From a virus: DNA of 64,000 nucleotides. Within the stretch, counting starts at the first letter, position 1. Each line of letters begins with the position of its first letter. Of the stretch, positions 45,007-55,327 are shown one piece after another. The position numbers were made by a program, and so were the translations under genes. The notes beneath the pieces are model-generated. The model searched no databases and was not told where the DNA came from. It worked only from the letters and a program-made list of their open reading frames with translations. The DNA lies in IMG/VR virus record IMGVR_UViG_3300025117_000042, positions 1-64,000 of that record; one strand, given 5' to 3'.

Positions 45007-46773
45007 ATGAGTGTTTACAAGGGGATTTACTTTCGAGGTCGGGGCATCATCATTCCCGGTGCCTATGCTGATGTAGACGCAACAAGCATGGTGCCGAACA
45101 GATTGTCTCCTGCCAATGTCCTTGCAATGCTGGGGCAAGCTAAAGGTGGGGTTCCGAATCAAGCTGTGCGGGTTCTTAACCTGCGGGATGCTGTAAACAT
45201 GCTGCGGAGTGGCGATCTTAAGACTGCGGCAGAACTTGCCTACGATCCAAGTGCTGACATGCCTGGAGCTGGGGAAGTTATCTTTATCAGGGTAGCTGGT
45301 ACAGGTTGTGCTAGATCAACTTCTGACCTTTCGAGTCAGGTTACTCTTACAGCCGTTGACTATGGGGAACATACAAACTTTCTCCGTAGGAAAATTGAAG
45401 CTGGTTCTGTAGCTGGCCGGAAAATCACTATCAACCATCAGGCAGATGATATTACAGAAGTATATGATAACATCGGGCCTGTCTTTCAAATCCAGTACGT
45501 AGGGTCTGCTTCGGCTGCTCGTATGAGTTTCGATGCTAGTACAAAGATTCTGCTTATCGAAATAAATACTGGTTCGTGGGTTCCGCTGGTTACTTATACT
45601 GTAACCAACATTGCTGTTGATACAATCTCTGAACTTGTGACTATCCTTGACTCTCATCAGGATCTTACTTGTAATATACACAAGTATGGTTCTGGCAACA
45701 TGAGTTCTTCTTTGCTGGATGCAATGACTCAGGTTGATATTAAAACCGCTCTTACCACTGTATCTTCTGAAGTTGGTTCTCTTATCACTTGGGTTAACAA
45801 TCGTTCTGCGCTGTGTACTGCGGCTGCTGGTGTGTCTGCCACTGGTAACTTTACTAATAGCAACTGGACAAATTTCGTAAACGGTTCTGAAGGTTCCGCT
45901 CCTGATGTAGCTGCATGGTCGGCAGCTCTGGCTCTTCTTGAGTCTGAGACTGATGTTAAATACATCTATTGTGCTACTGACAATGAATCCATCCATACCG
46001 CAGCTATCGCACATTGCACCACTCAGTCAGATCCTAAAGTAGGCCGGGAACGTAGGCTTATCTTCGGTGGTGCTGCTTCTGAAACTGTCGATCAGGCTAC
46101 TACAAGGGCTATCAATCAAGGTTCTCCAAGAGCCATGCTTGTATATCCTGGTATCAAGCGGGTTAACGCTCAGACTAACCTGTTGACCGTTATTCCTCCG
46201 TATCTCACAGCCGCAGCTGTCGCTGGAATGGCTGCTGGTGCTACGCCGGAAACTCCGCTTACCTACAAAACCATCAAAGCTCATGGGATGGAAAAATACC
46301 TGAAGGATGCTGAAGTTGAACAGCTCCTACAACAGGGTGTTACTCCTATTCGGTACGTAAAAGAAGATGCTATCTATCAGATCGTTCAGTCTATTACAAC
46401 TTGGCAGAAAGATGCCAATGTAATCTATCGCAAATGGTCTGGTATGGGCATTCACGATTACCTCCGTCAGGAAGCTCGTAATACGGCTAAACCATTCATC
46501 GGAAGAGTAGGCGATATGTATGCTATGTTGTCTATTAAAAACGCCGTAGCAGCAAAACTTGACCTTCTTACCCGTACTCCTCAGAATCCTAACGGTGTCC
46601 TTACGAAAGTATGGGACTATGCAAAAGAGCAGGTACTACCTGCTTGGGATAACCTGTTGGTTGAATGGGATGGTTATGACCATGTAAACGTTTCCTTCAG
46701 GGCACATCCTGTCGGGGAAATTGCTTACATCACGATCATGTGTACTCTTGAACCTGCAAAGATGACAGTATAA
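45007..46773 (+). CDS. tail sheath protein
   Basis: F.GR.IIIPGAY..VD, G.A.GG.P, LRSGDL, AAAVAG, PLTYK, IVQSITT. Confidence 0.95.
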   Translation: MSVYKGIYFRGRGIIIPGAYADVDATSMVPNRLSPANVLAMLGQAKGGVPNQAVRVLNLRDAVNMLRSGDLKTAAELAYDPSADMPGAGEVIFIRVAGTGCARSTSDLSSQVTLTAVDYGEHTNFLRRKIEAGSVAGRKITINHQADDITEVYDNIGPVFQIQYVGSASAARMSFDASTKILLIEINTGSWVPLVTYTVTNIAVDTISELVTILDSHQDLTCNIHKYGSGNMSSSLLDAMTQVDIKTALTTVSSEVGSLITWVNNRSALCTAAAGVSATGNFTNSNWTNFVNGSEGSAPDVAAWSAALALLESETDVKYIYCATDNESIHTAAIAHCTTQSDPKVGRERRLIFGGAASETVDQATTRAINQGSPRAMLVYPGIKRVNAQTNLLTVIPPYLTAAAVAGMAAGATPETPLTYKTIKAHGMEKYLKDAEVEQLLQQGVTPIRYVKEDAIYQIVQSITTWQKDANVIYRKWSGMGIHDYLRQEARNTAKPFIGRVGDMYAMLSIKNAVAAKLDLLTRTPQNPNGVLTKVWDYAKEQVLPAWDNLLVEWDGYDHVNVSFRAHPVGEIAYITIMCTLEPAKMTV

Positions 46774-46807
46774 CCAAATACAGTAGTTAAAGGGGAGGTG
46801 TTACAAA

Positions 46808-47251
46808 GTGCCTAACACGTTTATTACAACTGGTCATAACATCCTTTTGAAGGTCAAAGGAGAAGAGGTAGGTGCCGCAAGGAGCATCGTCGGGAATCAG
46901 GACTTCGGTGTTGAAGGTGCCTATGTAATCGGTTCCATCCTTCCTGTAGAGAACACTCCGCAGAAATGGACAGGCAACCTGGAAATCGACAAGTTCTTTA
47001 TCAAACGGGATATCCATCTTCTGGCTAACGTTGATACAAGCTCTGAAGGGGTACTGGAAATCAGTCCTGTTGATATCGAAATTATCGAAAAAGAAACAGG
47101 CAGCACTGTTATGATCTATCAGGGATGTACTCTTACATCCACGACCATCACAATCACTGCCAATGCCTATGTAGGAGAAAGAGCAGTATTTGTACCGTTG
47201 CGGGTCATTCGTGCCGCTTTGGGCAAATCCATCCTTCCTCCAGGGGTTTAA
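46808..47251 (+). CDS. tail tube protein
   Basis: follows sheath; TGH.I.L...G..VG.A.S, DFG....Y.IGSI.P.E, YQGC. Confidence 0.9.
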   Translation: MPNTFITTGHNILLKVKGEEVGAARSIVGNQDFGVEGAYVIGSILPVENTPQKWTGNLEIDKFFIKRDIHLLANVDTSSEGVLEISPVDIEIIEKETGSTVMIYQGCTLTSTTITITANAYVGERAVFVPLRVIRAALGKSILPPGV

Positions 47252-47281
47252 CAATAAAACCGCATATTTAGGTATCTTTCT

Positions 47282-47312
47282 AGGGGAGGAGTCAATCAGG
47301 CTCCTCCTCTTT
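47282..47312 (+). terminator. intrinsic terminator after tube gene
   Basis: AGGGGAGGAG-N9-CTCCTCCTCT-TT. Confidence 0.7.
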
Positions 47313-47341
47313 ATCTATTAACTAAAAAGGAGCAATACACA

Positions 47342-47788
47342 ATGGAAGACGCGAAAAAAGCACTCAATCAGATCAACGCTGGTGACTCTCTCACTATCGA
47401 CGTTCCTTACGAACTTACAATTAAAAACAAATCATACAAAGGAACAGTAGGATTCAGGTTCCCAAGTGTAAGGGATCAGATCGCTATCGGCCTGGAAGAA
47501 GCAAAGCTGCGTGGTAATGTAATAGAACTTAACGGTAAGCCTGAACTATTGGCAATACCAGCAGAAGCTCTTGATTCATATACCGCTCATCTGGTAGAGG
47601 CTATAGCTACTATTAGAGTACTTGCTGTTGACAAGAAGGAGAACTATGAAGTAATGCCGCCTGAAGTGATATCTGAGATTTATCGGGGGTATCTTCGGGC
47701 AGAAGGTGACGATGGAACACTACCTGATGACGGCGATACCGAAAACACTGGAGCTGACACAGGCGAAACTTCAGAGCAGAGTGTCTGA
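47342..47788 (+). CDS. tail assembly chaperone
   Basis: between tube and tape measure; YKGT..F.FPSVRD. Confidence 0.7.
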   Translation: MEDAKKALNQINAGDSLTIDVPYELTIKNKSYKGTVGFRFPSVRDQIAIGLEEAKLRGNVIELNGKPELLAIPAEALDSYTAHLVEAIATIRVLAVDKKENYEVMPPEVISEIYRGYLRAEGDDGTLPDDGDTENTGADTGETSEQSV

Positions 47789-47954
47789 TATATACAGAGT
47801 AAGTCCATTCTCTGAAGACATACTACGCATGACTACAGTGCAGATGCTATGGATCATAAAGAGTGATCTAATAAATAAAGGCATTGACGATAACAATGAG
47901 AGCTTTATAGATGAGGATTACGAAGAGAAGAAAAAACAAGCTCTAGGGGAATAG
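47706..47954 (+). CDS. second tail assembly chaperone (overlapping frame)
   Basis: P.SEDI..MT..Q..W; acidic end FIDEDYE; directly before tape measure. Confidence 0.6.
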   Translation: MTMEHYLMTAIPKTLELTQAKLQSRVSDIYRVSPFSEDILRMTTVQMLWIIKSDLINKGIDDNNESFIDEDYEEKKKQALGE

Positions 47955-47957
47955 TAA

Positions 47958-50900
47958 ATGGATCAGAACAATCTGGTTTTTAAATTTAAGTCACACGATG
48001 TTAATAATAGTGCTTTAGAGAGTATCCGTAAGCACATTGAACAGATTGCGAATGAACATAAGGGTATCCCTAAATCAGCTGAAGAGTGGAACAAACTTCT
48101 AATATCACAAAAAGAACACTCAAAAGAGCTGGCATCTCAAATTGATAATATTAAGACTAAGCTGCATGAGATACAAGTTCAGTCTAATATATCATCGAAT
48201 GAAACAACCAACTCCCTACAAAAAGAAATAAATCTATTAGAGAGAAGGCTTAAGCTTCGCCAGAAGGATTATGTAGAGTCCAGGCAAGCTGCTAATGCCA
48301 TAGATAGCTTGATGCAACAACAGCATGCTATACCTGCAAAAATGCTTCCAGCTATACTTGGTGGTGGTAGAACTCAATCTGGAGGAGGAACAGCACAACC
48401 TAGCACTCCCCACCTTCCTGCCGAGAAAAAGCCTATATTGCCTGAACAAGCTGCAAAGCATATGGGTGACTTTGCTAAAGGTGGGGCTGAAGCTCTGGCT
48501 CATGGTGTTACAGGAGCACTTATGGGAACTATTACAAGAGTAATAGCCTCAGCTACTAACCCTGTAACCCTTGCTGCTGCTGTTGTAGGTGCTGTTGCCT
48601 TTGGTGCTAAAAAAACGATGGATTGGGGCTGGGAAAAAGCAGCTCCTGCCAGAGAATATGTAACTCAGTCACAGAAAATGTCATACAGATACAGGCTAGG
48701 TGAGGATCTTTCTGACTACACCACAAAGAACAATCCAGGTGCTGCTGGCTTGTATTCTGATAAAGAGCTTATGGAGGAGATGTATCCAGCTATAGGTGGA
48801 GCAACAGGCTCTACCTACCTGGAAGGTGCCAATAAAAATAAATACTTACCTTATCTTGCAAAGTACACCAGGGAACAGGGGATGAGCTTCGGGGAAACAG
48901 CTCAGAATCTGCAAATAGGTATGCGTGGCGGCATGATCCTGCCTTCAGGTGAAGGGACTACTGAATCTCTGGCTGTTCTTACTAACGCTATGACTTCAGG
49001 GGCTAAACTTGGATTCGATAGGTCTGAACGAGTAGGACAGCTACAGAAGGTTATCCAGCTTGGTAACAGGGATCTAGGGGCGATCTACAAAGACACCGGT
49101 AAAAATATGGTGGCTGAATTGAGAGCCTTCGAACGTGCCGGTATGCGTGGTGTTACAGGCGATCGCGCTTTAGATATGTTAGCTAATACAAAAGGCATGG
49201 TTTCTAATATGCCTATTCAGCGATATGCTAGCATGCAGATGATGGGCCTACTTCCTGATATGGAGGAAGAAGCTATTAAAAATCTTGCTGACACTCATGG
49301 TGGTGATATGAAAACAGCAAGAGAAACTTATAAAGGCATGACTCCAGCACAACAGATGCAGTTACAGCGACAGACTCTGCTTACAAGCTCTGAATCTTTG
49401 CCAGCAATGAGTAAGCTGATAAAGCAATTTGAAGGTAGAGAAGGTATGCTTGGCATGATGTTGAAAGGTGGAGAGCTTACTGATAAAGAGCAGACTCAGT
49501 GGACTGATTTTGTTATGGGAGTAAAACAAGGAAAGTTCAATAAGGAAGCTCTATCTGCTGTCTTAGGTGAGCAAGACAAGATGCCAAAGGATCACATAGC
49601 TCATAACGAAAAAGCCAGACAGTCAGAACAAGCTAAGATGATGGAAGATCAGGTAAAACTGCGTGGTGCTCTGATAGCTCTGGATAAAACGATTGATATG
49701 CAGATTGGTAAATTGAACCTGGAAATGAAAGCTCTAAATGCTTTCTTTGGTAATTCAGGTTTGACTAATACAGAACAACCTAAAGGACAACGCAAACCTT
49801 TTGAGGAGAAGACACCTATAGGAAGGTTCTTTAACAGGGTGGAGAATGCTGCTGAAAAGCCTTTCTTCAACTTCCTGGGGGATACTGCGAAAGGTGCTGC
49901 TACAAGTGTCAAAGAAGCAGCACAAGCTACGTATCCAAAAGAATTCAAAGCCTTGTCGAGTATGGGGAAATGGATATCCAAACGATGGGCGGCAGCTCAA
50001 GGCACAGTATCAGAGGCACATGCAGCTAATCCCTCTGTTCCTAAAGCTCTTATCAATGCTGTTATAAGGGCTGAAAGTGAATACAATCCTAAAGCAGTGT
50101 CCAGTGCAGGAGCACAAGGCATGATGCAGCTGATGCCAGCTACTGCCAGGGGTTTGAACGTAAAGAATCCTTTCGATCCTGAGCAAAACATACATGGCGG
50201 TACAAAGCACTTAGCTTATCTATTAGAGAAGTATAACGGTGATATGGAGAAAGCTGTAGCTGCTTATAATGCCGGTGAAGGTACAGTCAATAAGGCTATT
50301 AAGAAAGGAAAGCCTTTACCACAAGAAACACAGGACTATGTACCTAAAGTAATGAAGTACTATGAGGAAGAGAAACAGCGTGAAGCTAACTCTGAGATAC
50401 AGACAACTTTAAATAAAGGCATGTCTACTCATGGCTCTAAGAAAGACAAAGAGTTTGCTGATGAGTTTAATACTAAGCAAATTAAACGTAATAAGGTAGT
50501 AGAAGAGTCTAAAGAGAGCACAACAAACAAATCGTTGGATGTAACAAATAAAAGTAACAGTGTATCTCTTATGTCTTCTCATGTATCATCTGTTAATATG
50601 CGTACTGATAATAAAAGTCAGTCAAGTACTCATAGCACATCAGATGTTCCTGTAAGAGACAGTAAGAAAGAAGTCATCAAAGAGAAGAGCATAGAGAAAC
50701 ACTTAGCACCAAAGCAAAATGTATTAGAAAAACAAATGTCTTCTCATAAGGCAACTCAGGATAAGATAGAGAAGATATATAATAAAGAGACAGTGTTGAA
50801 AGAGAAACAGATCGAAAAAGAGCAAAAAAATACTGTACGTCTTGCTGAGGAGCGTGACAATACCAGATCCAACTCAACCGGTACTTCTGCTTCTGGAGTC

Positions 50901-51023
50901 AATGTGAACTCAGTACATGTTGACGTTCCAGGCTTTACTATTACACAACAGGGTAGGGATGAGATGAAGAAGACTTTCGAACATCATCTTGTACCTCTGC
51001 CTAAATCCAACGGGAAGAGATAA
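47958..51023 (+). CDS. tape measure protein with lytic transglycosylase (SLT) domain
   Basis: AVIRAESEYNPKAVS.AGAQGMMQLMP, NI.GG..L, AAYNAGEG. Confidence 0.9.
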   Translation: MDQNNLVFKFKSHDVNNSALESIRKHIEQIANEHKGIPKSAEEWNKLLISQKEHSKELASQIDNIKTKLHEIQVQSNISSNETTNSLQKEINLLERRLKLRQKDYVESRQAANAIDSLMQQQHAIPAKMLPAILGGGRTQSGGGTAQPSTPHLPAEKKPILPEQAAKHMGDFAKGGAEALAHGVTGALMGTITRVIASATNPVTLAAAVVGAVAFGAKKTMDWGWEKAAPAREYVTQSQKMSYRYRLGEDLSDYTTKNNPGAAGLYSDKELMEEMYPAIGGATGSTYLEGANKNKYLPYLAKYTREQGMSFGETAQNLQIGMRGGMILPSGEGTTESLAVLTNAMTSGAKLGFDRSERVGQLQKVIQLGNRDLGAIYKDTGKNMVAELRAFERAGMRGVTGDRALDMLANTKGMVSNMPIQRYASMQMMGLLPDMEEEAIKNLADTHGGDMKTARETYKGMTPAQQMQLQRQTLLTSSESLPAMSKLIKQFEGREGMLGMMLKGGELTDKEQTQWTDFVMGVKQGKFNKEALSAVLGEQDKMPKDHIAHNEKARQSEQAKMMEDQVKLRGALIALDKTIDMQIGKLNLEMKALNAFFGNSGLTNTEQPKGQRKPFEEKTPIGRFFNRVENAAEKPFFNFLGDTAKGAATSVKEAAQATYPKEFKALSSMGKWISKRWAAAQGTVSEAHAANPSVPKALINAVIRAESEYNPKAVSSAGAQGMMQLMPATARGLNVKNPFDPEQNIHGGTKHLAYLLEKYNGDMEKAVAAYNAGEGTVNKAIKKGKPLPQETQDYVPKVMKYYEEEKQREANSEIQTTLNKGMSTHGSKKDKEFADEFNTKQIKRNKVVEESKESTTNKSLDVTNKSNSVSLMSSHVSSVNMRTDNKSQSSTHSTSDVPVRDSKKEVIKEKSIEKHLAPKQNVLEKQMSSHKATQDKIEKIYNKETVLKEKQIEKEQKNTVRLAEERDNTRSNSTGTSASGVNVNSVHVDVPGFTITQQGRDEMKKTFEHHLVPLPKSNGKR

Positions 51024-51025
51024 CC

Positions 51026-52597
51026 ATGCAATTAGGGGTAATGGTAGACATATACAGGCTTAACGGCAGCTGTCCTTATAATATGCATGATTGGTTTGAG
51101 TTTGGGGCAACTAACCCTACTTCAGCCTTTGTGTCTATTAAAATAGATAGAGCTATCAATACACCTCTGTTCAGTGCTTCCCTGGTTCTCAAGCCTATGA
51201 AGGATGCTCAAGGTAAAACATGGGCTGATCTAATACAACTTATGGATGTGGTGGTAGTAACTGTACGGCAAAGTATAGATAGAGAGGTAGTCGAAAGGAT
51301 CAAATTCTTCGGGTTCGTTATGGATATCATAGAGGATGAATCGTGGGATATACACATGGGCAAGGGTAACATCGTCTTACAGTGTCAAGCCTATCCATTC
51401 CTGACAAATCCGCTACTTGCTTTTGATAATATGTCCGATCCGATGGCTGCTGGTATAGGGGTGAAAACTCGCATTTGGGAAAGCCTCGCTCCCTTGGAGG
51501 ACAAGCCTTCTCTGTCGATGGGTAAGATCATTGATAACGGTCTGTACGAGCTTCTGAAGCCGATCAAGCTGGATGGCAATCCCATTGGTGACTATCTTCA
51601 CTATGTCTTTGAGACTTGTTCTAATATATTACCTTTCACATACACAATGGCGCACTCTTATATTACAGATGCCATGATGTATGATTTCTGGTCGGCACTA
51701 TCAAAGCTTGCAGAGATACAGGGTGAGGCTGGCTGGCTGCATGAGATGTTTCTGGATATAGTTGATGACGAGCAGATGAACAACATGTCCGGTGATGCGG
51801 TAGGCCCAATGGTAGCTATCCCTGGTACGGCTAGGGAAAACTTTTATCTTACATTGGTGTGCCGAGAAAATCCTTTTCCTACATTCACAACAGGAAATGC
51901 TGGATTGAAGGACATAGACTTCATTTCTCTACCTGGGGGAGGAGTTTCTTACGATAGCTCCAGGTGGGATGACCTTCTGGTGAATACCTTAAGAGGAAAT
52001 CCCATTGCTTTTCAGTCATGTAAGAGTGCAAATCTATTAAAGACTATATTCACCATTGACATGGAAGTCGATCCTACAAGGTGGTGGAGCTGGAACCTCC
52101 CTACGATTGTAGATGTGCTGGGGTACACTCGCATAGGGTATAACTCCTTGAACATACTCACATCTTATGCAAGGTGTAGATCTGGTTTAACTTCAGGTTC
52201 TATCATTGAGAAGGACGAAACTCTATTAAACATCATCCAGCTCAACTTGAGGAATGCCAGCTACAATGCCTGTATGGATCTTTACAAGCAAGCTACTCTG
52301 GTGATACCTCTGGATATCTCTGTAGGATTGGGTGAGCTGTACTTTCTGCCACAAGATATAACTGGTAAAAAAGATCAGACTTATTACATTAACAGAATAT
52401 CTGATATTATTACTACAGAAGGCATAAGTAGTACGACGATGACATTGACCAGGGGAATGTATGACTCCGAACACGACAGTTTAGAAACAGCTATTTCTAA
52501 TAGATTAGCTTTCGCTAGAACTGTTGATATTCAGAAGAGGCTGGACAATCTGCCAGCTCCAATAAAAGATGGATACTTAAAGGGGTTAGCACAATAA
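51026..52597 (+). CDS. baseplate hub protein
   Basis: after tape measure; FFGFV, E.F.D, RENPF, YYI..I......TT.TLTRG. Confidence 0.7.
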   Translation: MQLGVMVDIYRLNGSCPYNMHDWFEFGATNPTSAFVSIKIDRAINTPLFSASLVLKPMKDAQGKTWADLIQLMDVVVVTVRQSIDREVVERIKFFGFVMDIIEDESWDIHMGKGNIVLQCQAYPFLTNPLLAFDNMSDPMAAGIGVKTRIWESLAPLEDKPSLSMGKIIDNGLYELLKPIKLDGNPIGDYLHYVFETCSNILPFTYTMAHSYITDAMMYDFWSALSKLAEIQGEAGWLHEMFLDIVDDEQMNNMSGDAVGPMVAIPGTARENFYLTLVCRENPFPTFTTGNAGLKDIDFISLPGGGVSYDSSRWDDLLVNTLRGNPIAFQSCKSANLLKTIFTIDMEVDPTRWWSWNLPTIVDVLGYTRIGYNSLNILTSYARCRSGLTSGSIIEKDETLLNIIQLNLRNASYNACMDLYKQATLVIPLDISVGLGELYFLPQDITGKKDQTYYINRISDIITTEGISSTTMTLTRGMYDSEHDSLETAISNRLAFARTVDIQKRLDNLPAPIKDGYLKGLAQ

Positions 52598-53502
52598 TGC
52601 AAGCATTCATAGCAAGAGTAGTCAGTAACGATGAATATCCTGATGAAGACTGTATCGACGTAGTATTTATCAGGGAATCAATGATGAAAGCTAAGGTTCA
52701 TGTATTACATGATCGAGCTAATCCTTTGTATGGCAGGAGTGGGTACTTACCAGACGTAGGAGAGACAGGCATTGTTATCAGAGTGTCTGACTTTGGTGAT
52801 ACCTACTACTGGCTAGGTAGTTTCCATGATCCTTGTGATAATATATGTACCAAGAATACTTTTGAAGTAGGTAGAGACTTGTACCATCATCAATCAGATG
52901 TTTGGCATCAGATACTGAAGGATGGCACAGTTGAATTCTCACATCCCTCTGGTACATTCATAAAACTTGGTTCAGGCACTACGCTGAATAGCAGGACTAG
53001 GTTTCAGAAATTGCCTAAATTGTACAATCAGAAAGCAGAAAACCCATATCCGAACAGGGGCGAAACTCCTGTAGCTCTGACTATCAACCATACTTGGCTG
53101 AACGGTGGAGCTAGTCAGCAAACATATGCAATAGACAAACGTAAACAGCACCATACTGGTGATATTAAAACTACAAAACTTATATTAGATGCTTTCGGTG
53201 GCATCACGCTTGACCATGAGACAGCAACCGGAACTCACATGACGCTGACCATAGATAATGCTGGCAACGTTGCTGCCTGTGCTCCTACATTCAATTTCTC
53301 CGGTATAGGTGGACAAACAGCTGTAACTATCAACGGTACGCTGCATACAACTAATAATATACTCTGTGATACTAACATAAAGGCTGTAGCTGAAGTGTAT
53401 GATATGAACGGATCACAACCTACTTTCTGTATGTCTGGAATGAGAGCCGTTTATAACCTACATCAACATGCTGATTCACCGCCACCTTCGCCTTCAATGT
53501 AG
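52597..53502 (+). CDS. baseplate central spike (gpV/gp5-like)
   Basis: N-terminal LP.VGE.G OB-fold, HPSGT beta-repeats, C-terminal HQH metal-binding tip. Confidence 0.8.
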   Translation: MQAFIARVVSNDEYPDEDCIDVVFIRESMMKAKVHVLHDRANPLYGRSGYLPDVGETGIVIRVSDFGDTYYWLGSFHDPCDNICTKNTFEVGRDLYHHQSDVWHQILKDGTVEFSHPSGTFIKLGSGTTLNSRTRFQKLPKLYNQKAENPYPNRGETPVALTINHTWLNGGASQQTYAIDKRKQHHTGDIKTTKLILDAFGGITLDHETATGTHMTLTIDNAGNVAACAPTFNFSGIGGQTAVTINGTLHTTNNILCDTNIKAVAEVYDMNGSQPTFCMSGMRAVYNLHQHADSPPPSPSM

Positions 53503-53548
53503 ATGATTCACAGGAATTGAGTTAATATCAATAAAGAGGGTTTATATT

Positions 53549-54643
53549 ATGGCTGGTTCTCAGGCTAAACAAACAATCACGTTCATGGTTACTGATTCTG
53601 GTGGATCACCTATGGGAAGCTGGGATTCACGCATTTCCGCATCCAGTAAACCCTCATACACTTTTAATATAAATCCTACCGATCTAATCAGAAATCAGCC
53701 GATGCGTAGCGAGGTCACTCCTAGTATCTGTTTTGACGCAGATACAAGCCCTACAGGTCTTGTTCAAACTTGGGGTGAGGGGTTGCCTACCTGGACTATC
53801 CGAGGGCATACAGGGTACAGCCAAGGCGCACAGGGGGTCGATGGCTTTCAAGCTTATGTTGCGCTGTATCAAATGTTCGAAGCTTACGCAAAGCAGAACG
53901 TTCTTCTATTAAAAGATAACAAGCCACCTTGCCAGATGATCTTTATCAATTGGGCAGACACGTTTCAGGATTGGTGGTTCGTGGAGCCTACTAAGATCCC
54001 CGATAAGATACGTTCCTGCGATAGGCCATTGTATTATTTCTATGATATAAACCTTGTCGGTGTGAAGCCTTACGCTAATGTTATGAAGGTAACAGACGCC
54101 ATTTCGACTACAGTAAATAGGCCGGATATCCGCTTGCCGAAAGTCGCAGCATCTATCAAAGCACAGAAGGAATCTCTTGATGCTTTCGGAGACAAGATGT
54201 ATGCCAGTTCCCTGGAAGCAGGAGGGCTGAACTCATACATAGGGTCTATTATAAATCCAAATTCGATCACTGATTTCCCGACAAAGATCAGAAACGCTTA
54301 CGCTGATATCAAAGACAGAGTTGAACAGATTCTGTATAAAAACACAATCTTTACTAATATACAGAAGGCTGTGTACATAGCTCAGACCACTATCAATGTA
54401 ATAAACAACGCAATCAATGACATAAAGACAACTGTAAAGACTGTACTGTCTCCTCTGTACGGTCTTGTTAACGTCTATAAGCAGCTTAAATGTGCACTTA
54501 TGACTTTAATCACGCTTCCGATTGACTTGGTATCTTCTTCTATTAACAGTATTAAACAGCTTATTGCTAGTCTCAAGGCAAGCGGTTGTGGTACTACCAT
54601 CACCTCTGACAATACTAAAATTGGTTTTAACTCAATCAAGTAA
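53549..54643 (+). CDS. baseplate/tube-initiator-like protein
   Basis: FNINP, I.GHTG, RS..RPL.Y.Y.I.L. Confidence 0.6.
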   Translation: MAGSQAKQTITFMVTDSGGSPMGSWDSRISASSKPSYTFNINPTDLIRNQPMRSEVTPSICFDADTSPTGLVQTWGEGLPTWTIRGHTGYSQGAQGVDGFQAYVALYQMFEAYAKQNVLLLKDNKPPCQMIFINWADTFQDWWFVEPTKIPDKIRSCDRPLYYFYDINLVGVKPYANVMKVTDAISTTVNRPDIRLPKVAASIKAQKESLDAFGDKMYASSLEAGGLNSYIGSIINPNSITDFPTKIRNAYADIKDRVEQILYKNTIFTNIQKAVYIAQTTINVINNAINDIKTTVKTVLSPLYGLVNVYKQLKCALMTLITLPIDLVSSSINSIKQLIASLKASGCGTTITSDNTKIGFNSIK

Positions 54644-54658
54644 CGAGGAATATATACT

Positions 54659-55318
54659 GTGATAAAGAAGTACATTATACAAGAGAATGACACACTCAGG
54701 GATATAGCAAAGAGATTCTATGCCAATCCCAATATGTGGGTAAAGCTGGCAATAGATAACAATCTTGAGTATCCTTATGTCGGCAGAATCGGGGAAGGAT
54801 ACAATGGCAAGGTGCTGTATCCTGGTGATAGTATCATGCTCTCTTTCACCAACGATGAGAGTGAGAGCATTTACTTCACTGAAAGAAACGTAAGCAATAT
54901 CAATTACCTGGATATGCTGATGGGTACTGATATAGGCTTGGTGAACGGTCAACTTGCATTGGTAGGGGGTAATGAAGGTTTTGACTTCTACACTGTCAAA
55001 GGATCATTCAATATAAAACAAGCAATCCAGCATAAATTCAAAGTTATAAAGGGTGGACTATTCTATTATCCTGATTACGGAACCAAACTGCCAACTTACA
55101 TAGGCAATATCACTGATATGGATGCAATAGAAATGGTAAAAGCTGAGGCAGCTCGTACCATACTGGAGGATCTTAGGGTAGAGTCTTTGTCTTCTATTCA
55201 AGCTGAGTATGATGGACATGATTCTATTACAATATCGGCAGGATTACAGCTGGTGGGTAACTTTGTAACATCAATTGCTATTAAAATAGATGGTCAGAAC
55301 TCAGTAATAATCCAATAG
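54659..55318 (+). CDS. LysM plus gp25-like baseplate protein
   Basis: YIIQENDTLRDIA.RFY....W..LA..NNL; G..NIKQAI...YPDYG...D.RV. Confidence 0.85.
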   Translation: MIKKYIIQENDTLRDIAKRFYANPNMWVKLAIDNNLEYPYVGRIGEGYNGKVLYPGDSIMLSFTNDESESIYFTERNVSNINYLDMLMGTDIGLVNGQLALVGGNEGFDFYTVKGSFNIKQAIQHKFKVIKGGLFYYPDYGTKLPTYIGNITDMDAIEMVKAEAARTILEDLRVESLSSIQAEYDGHDSITISAGLQLVGNFVTSIAIKIDGQNSVIIQ

Positions 55319-55327
55319 GGAGTTAAC

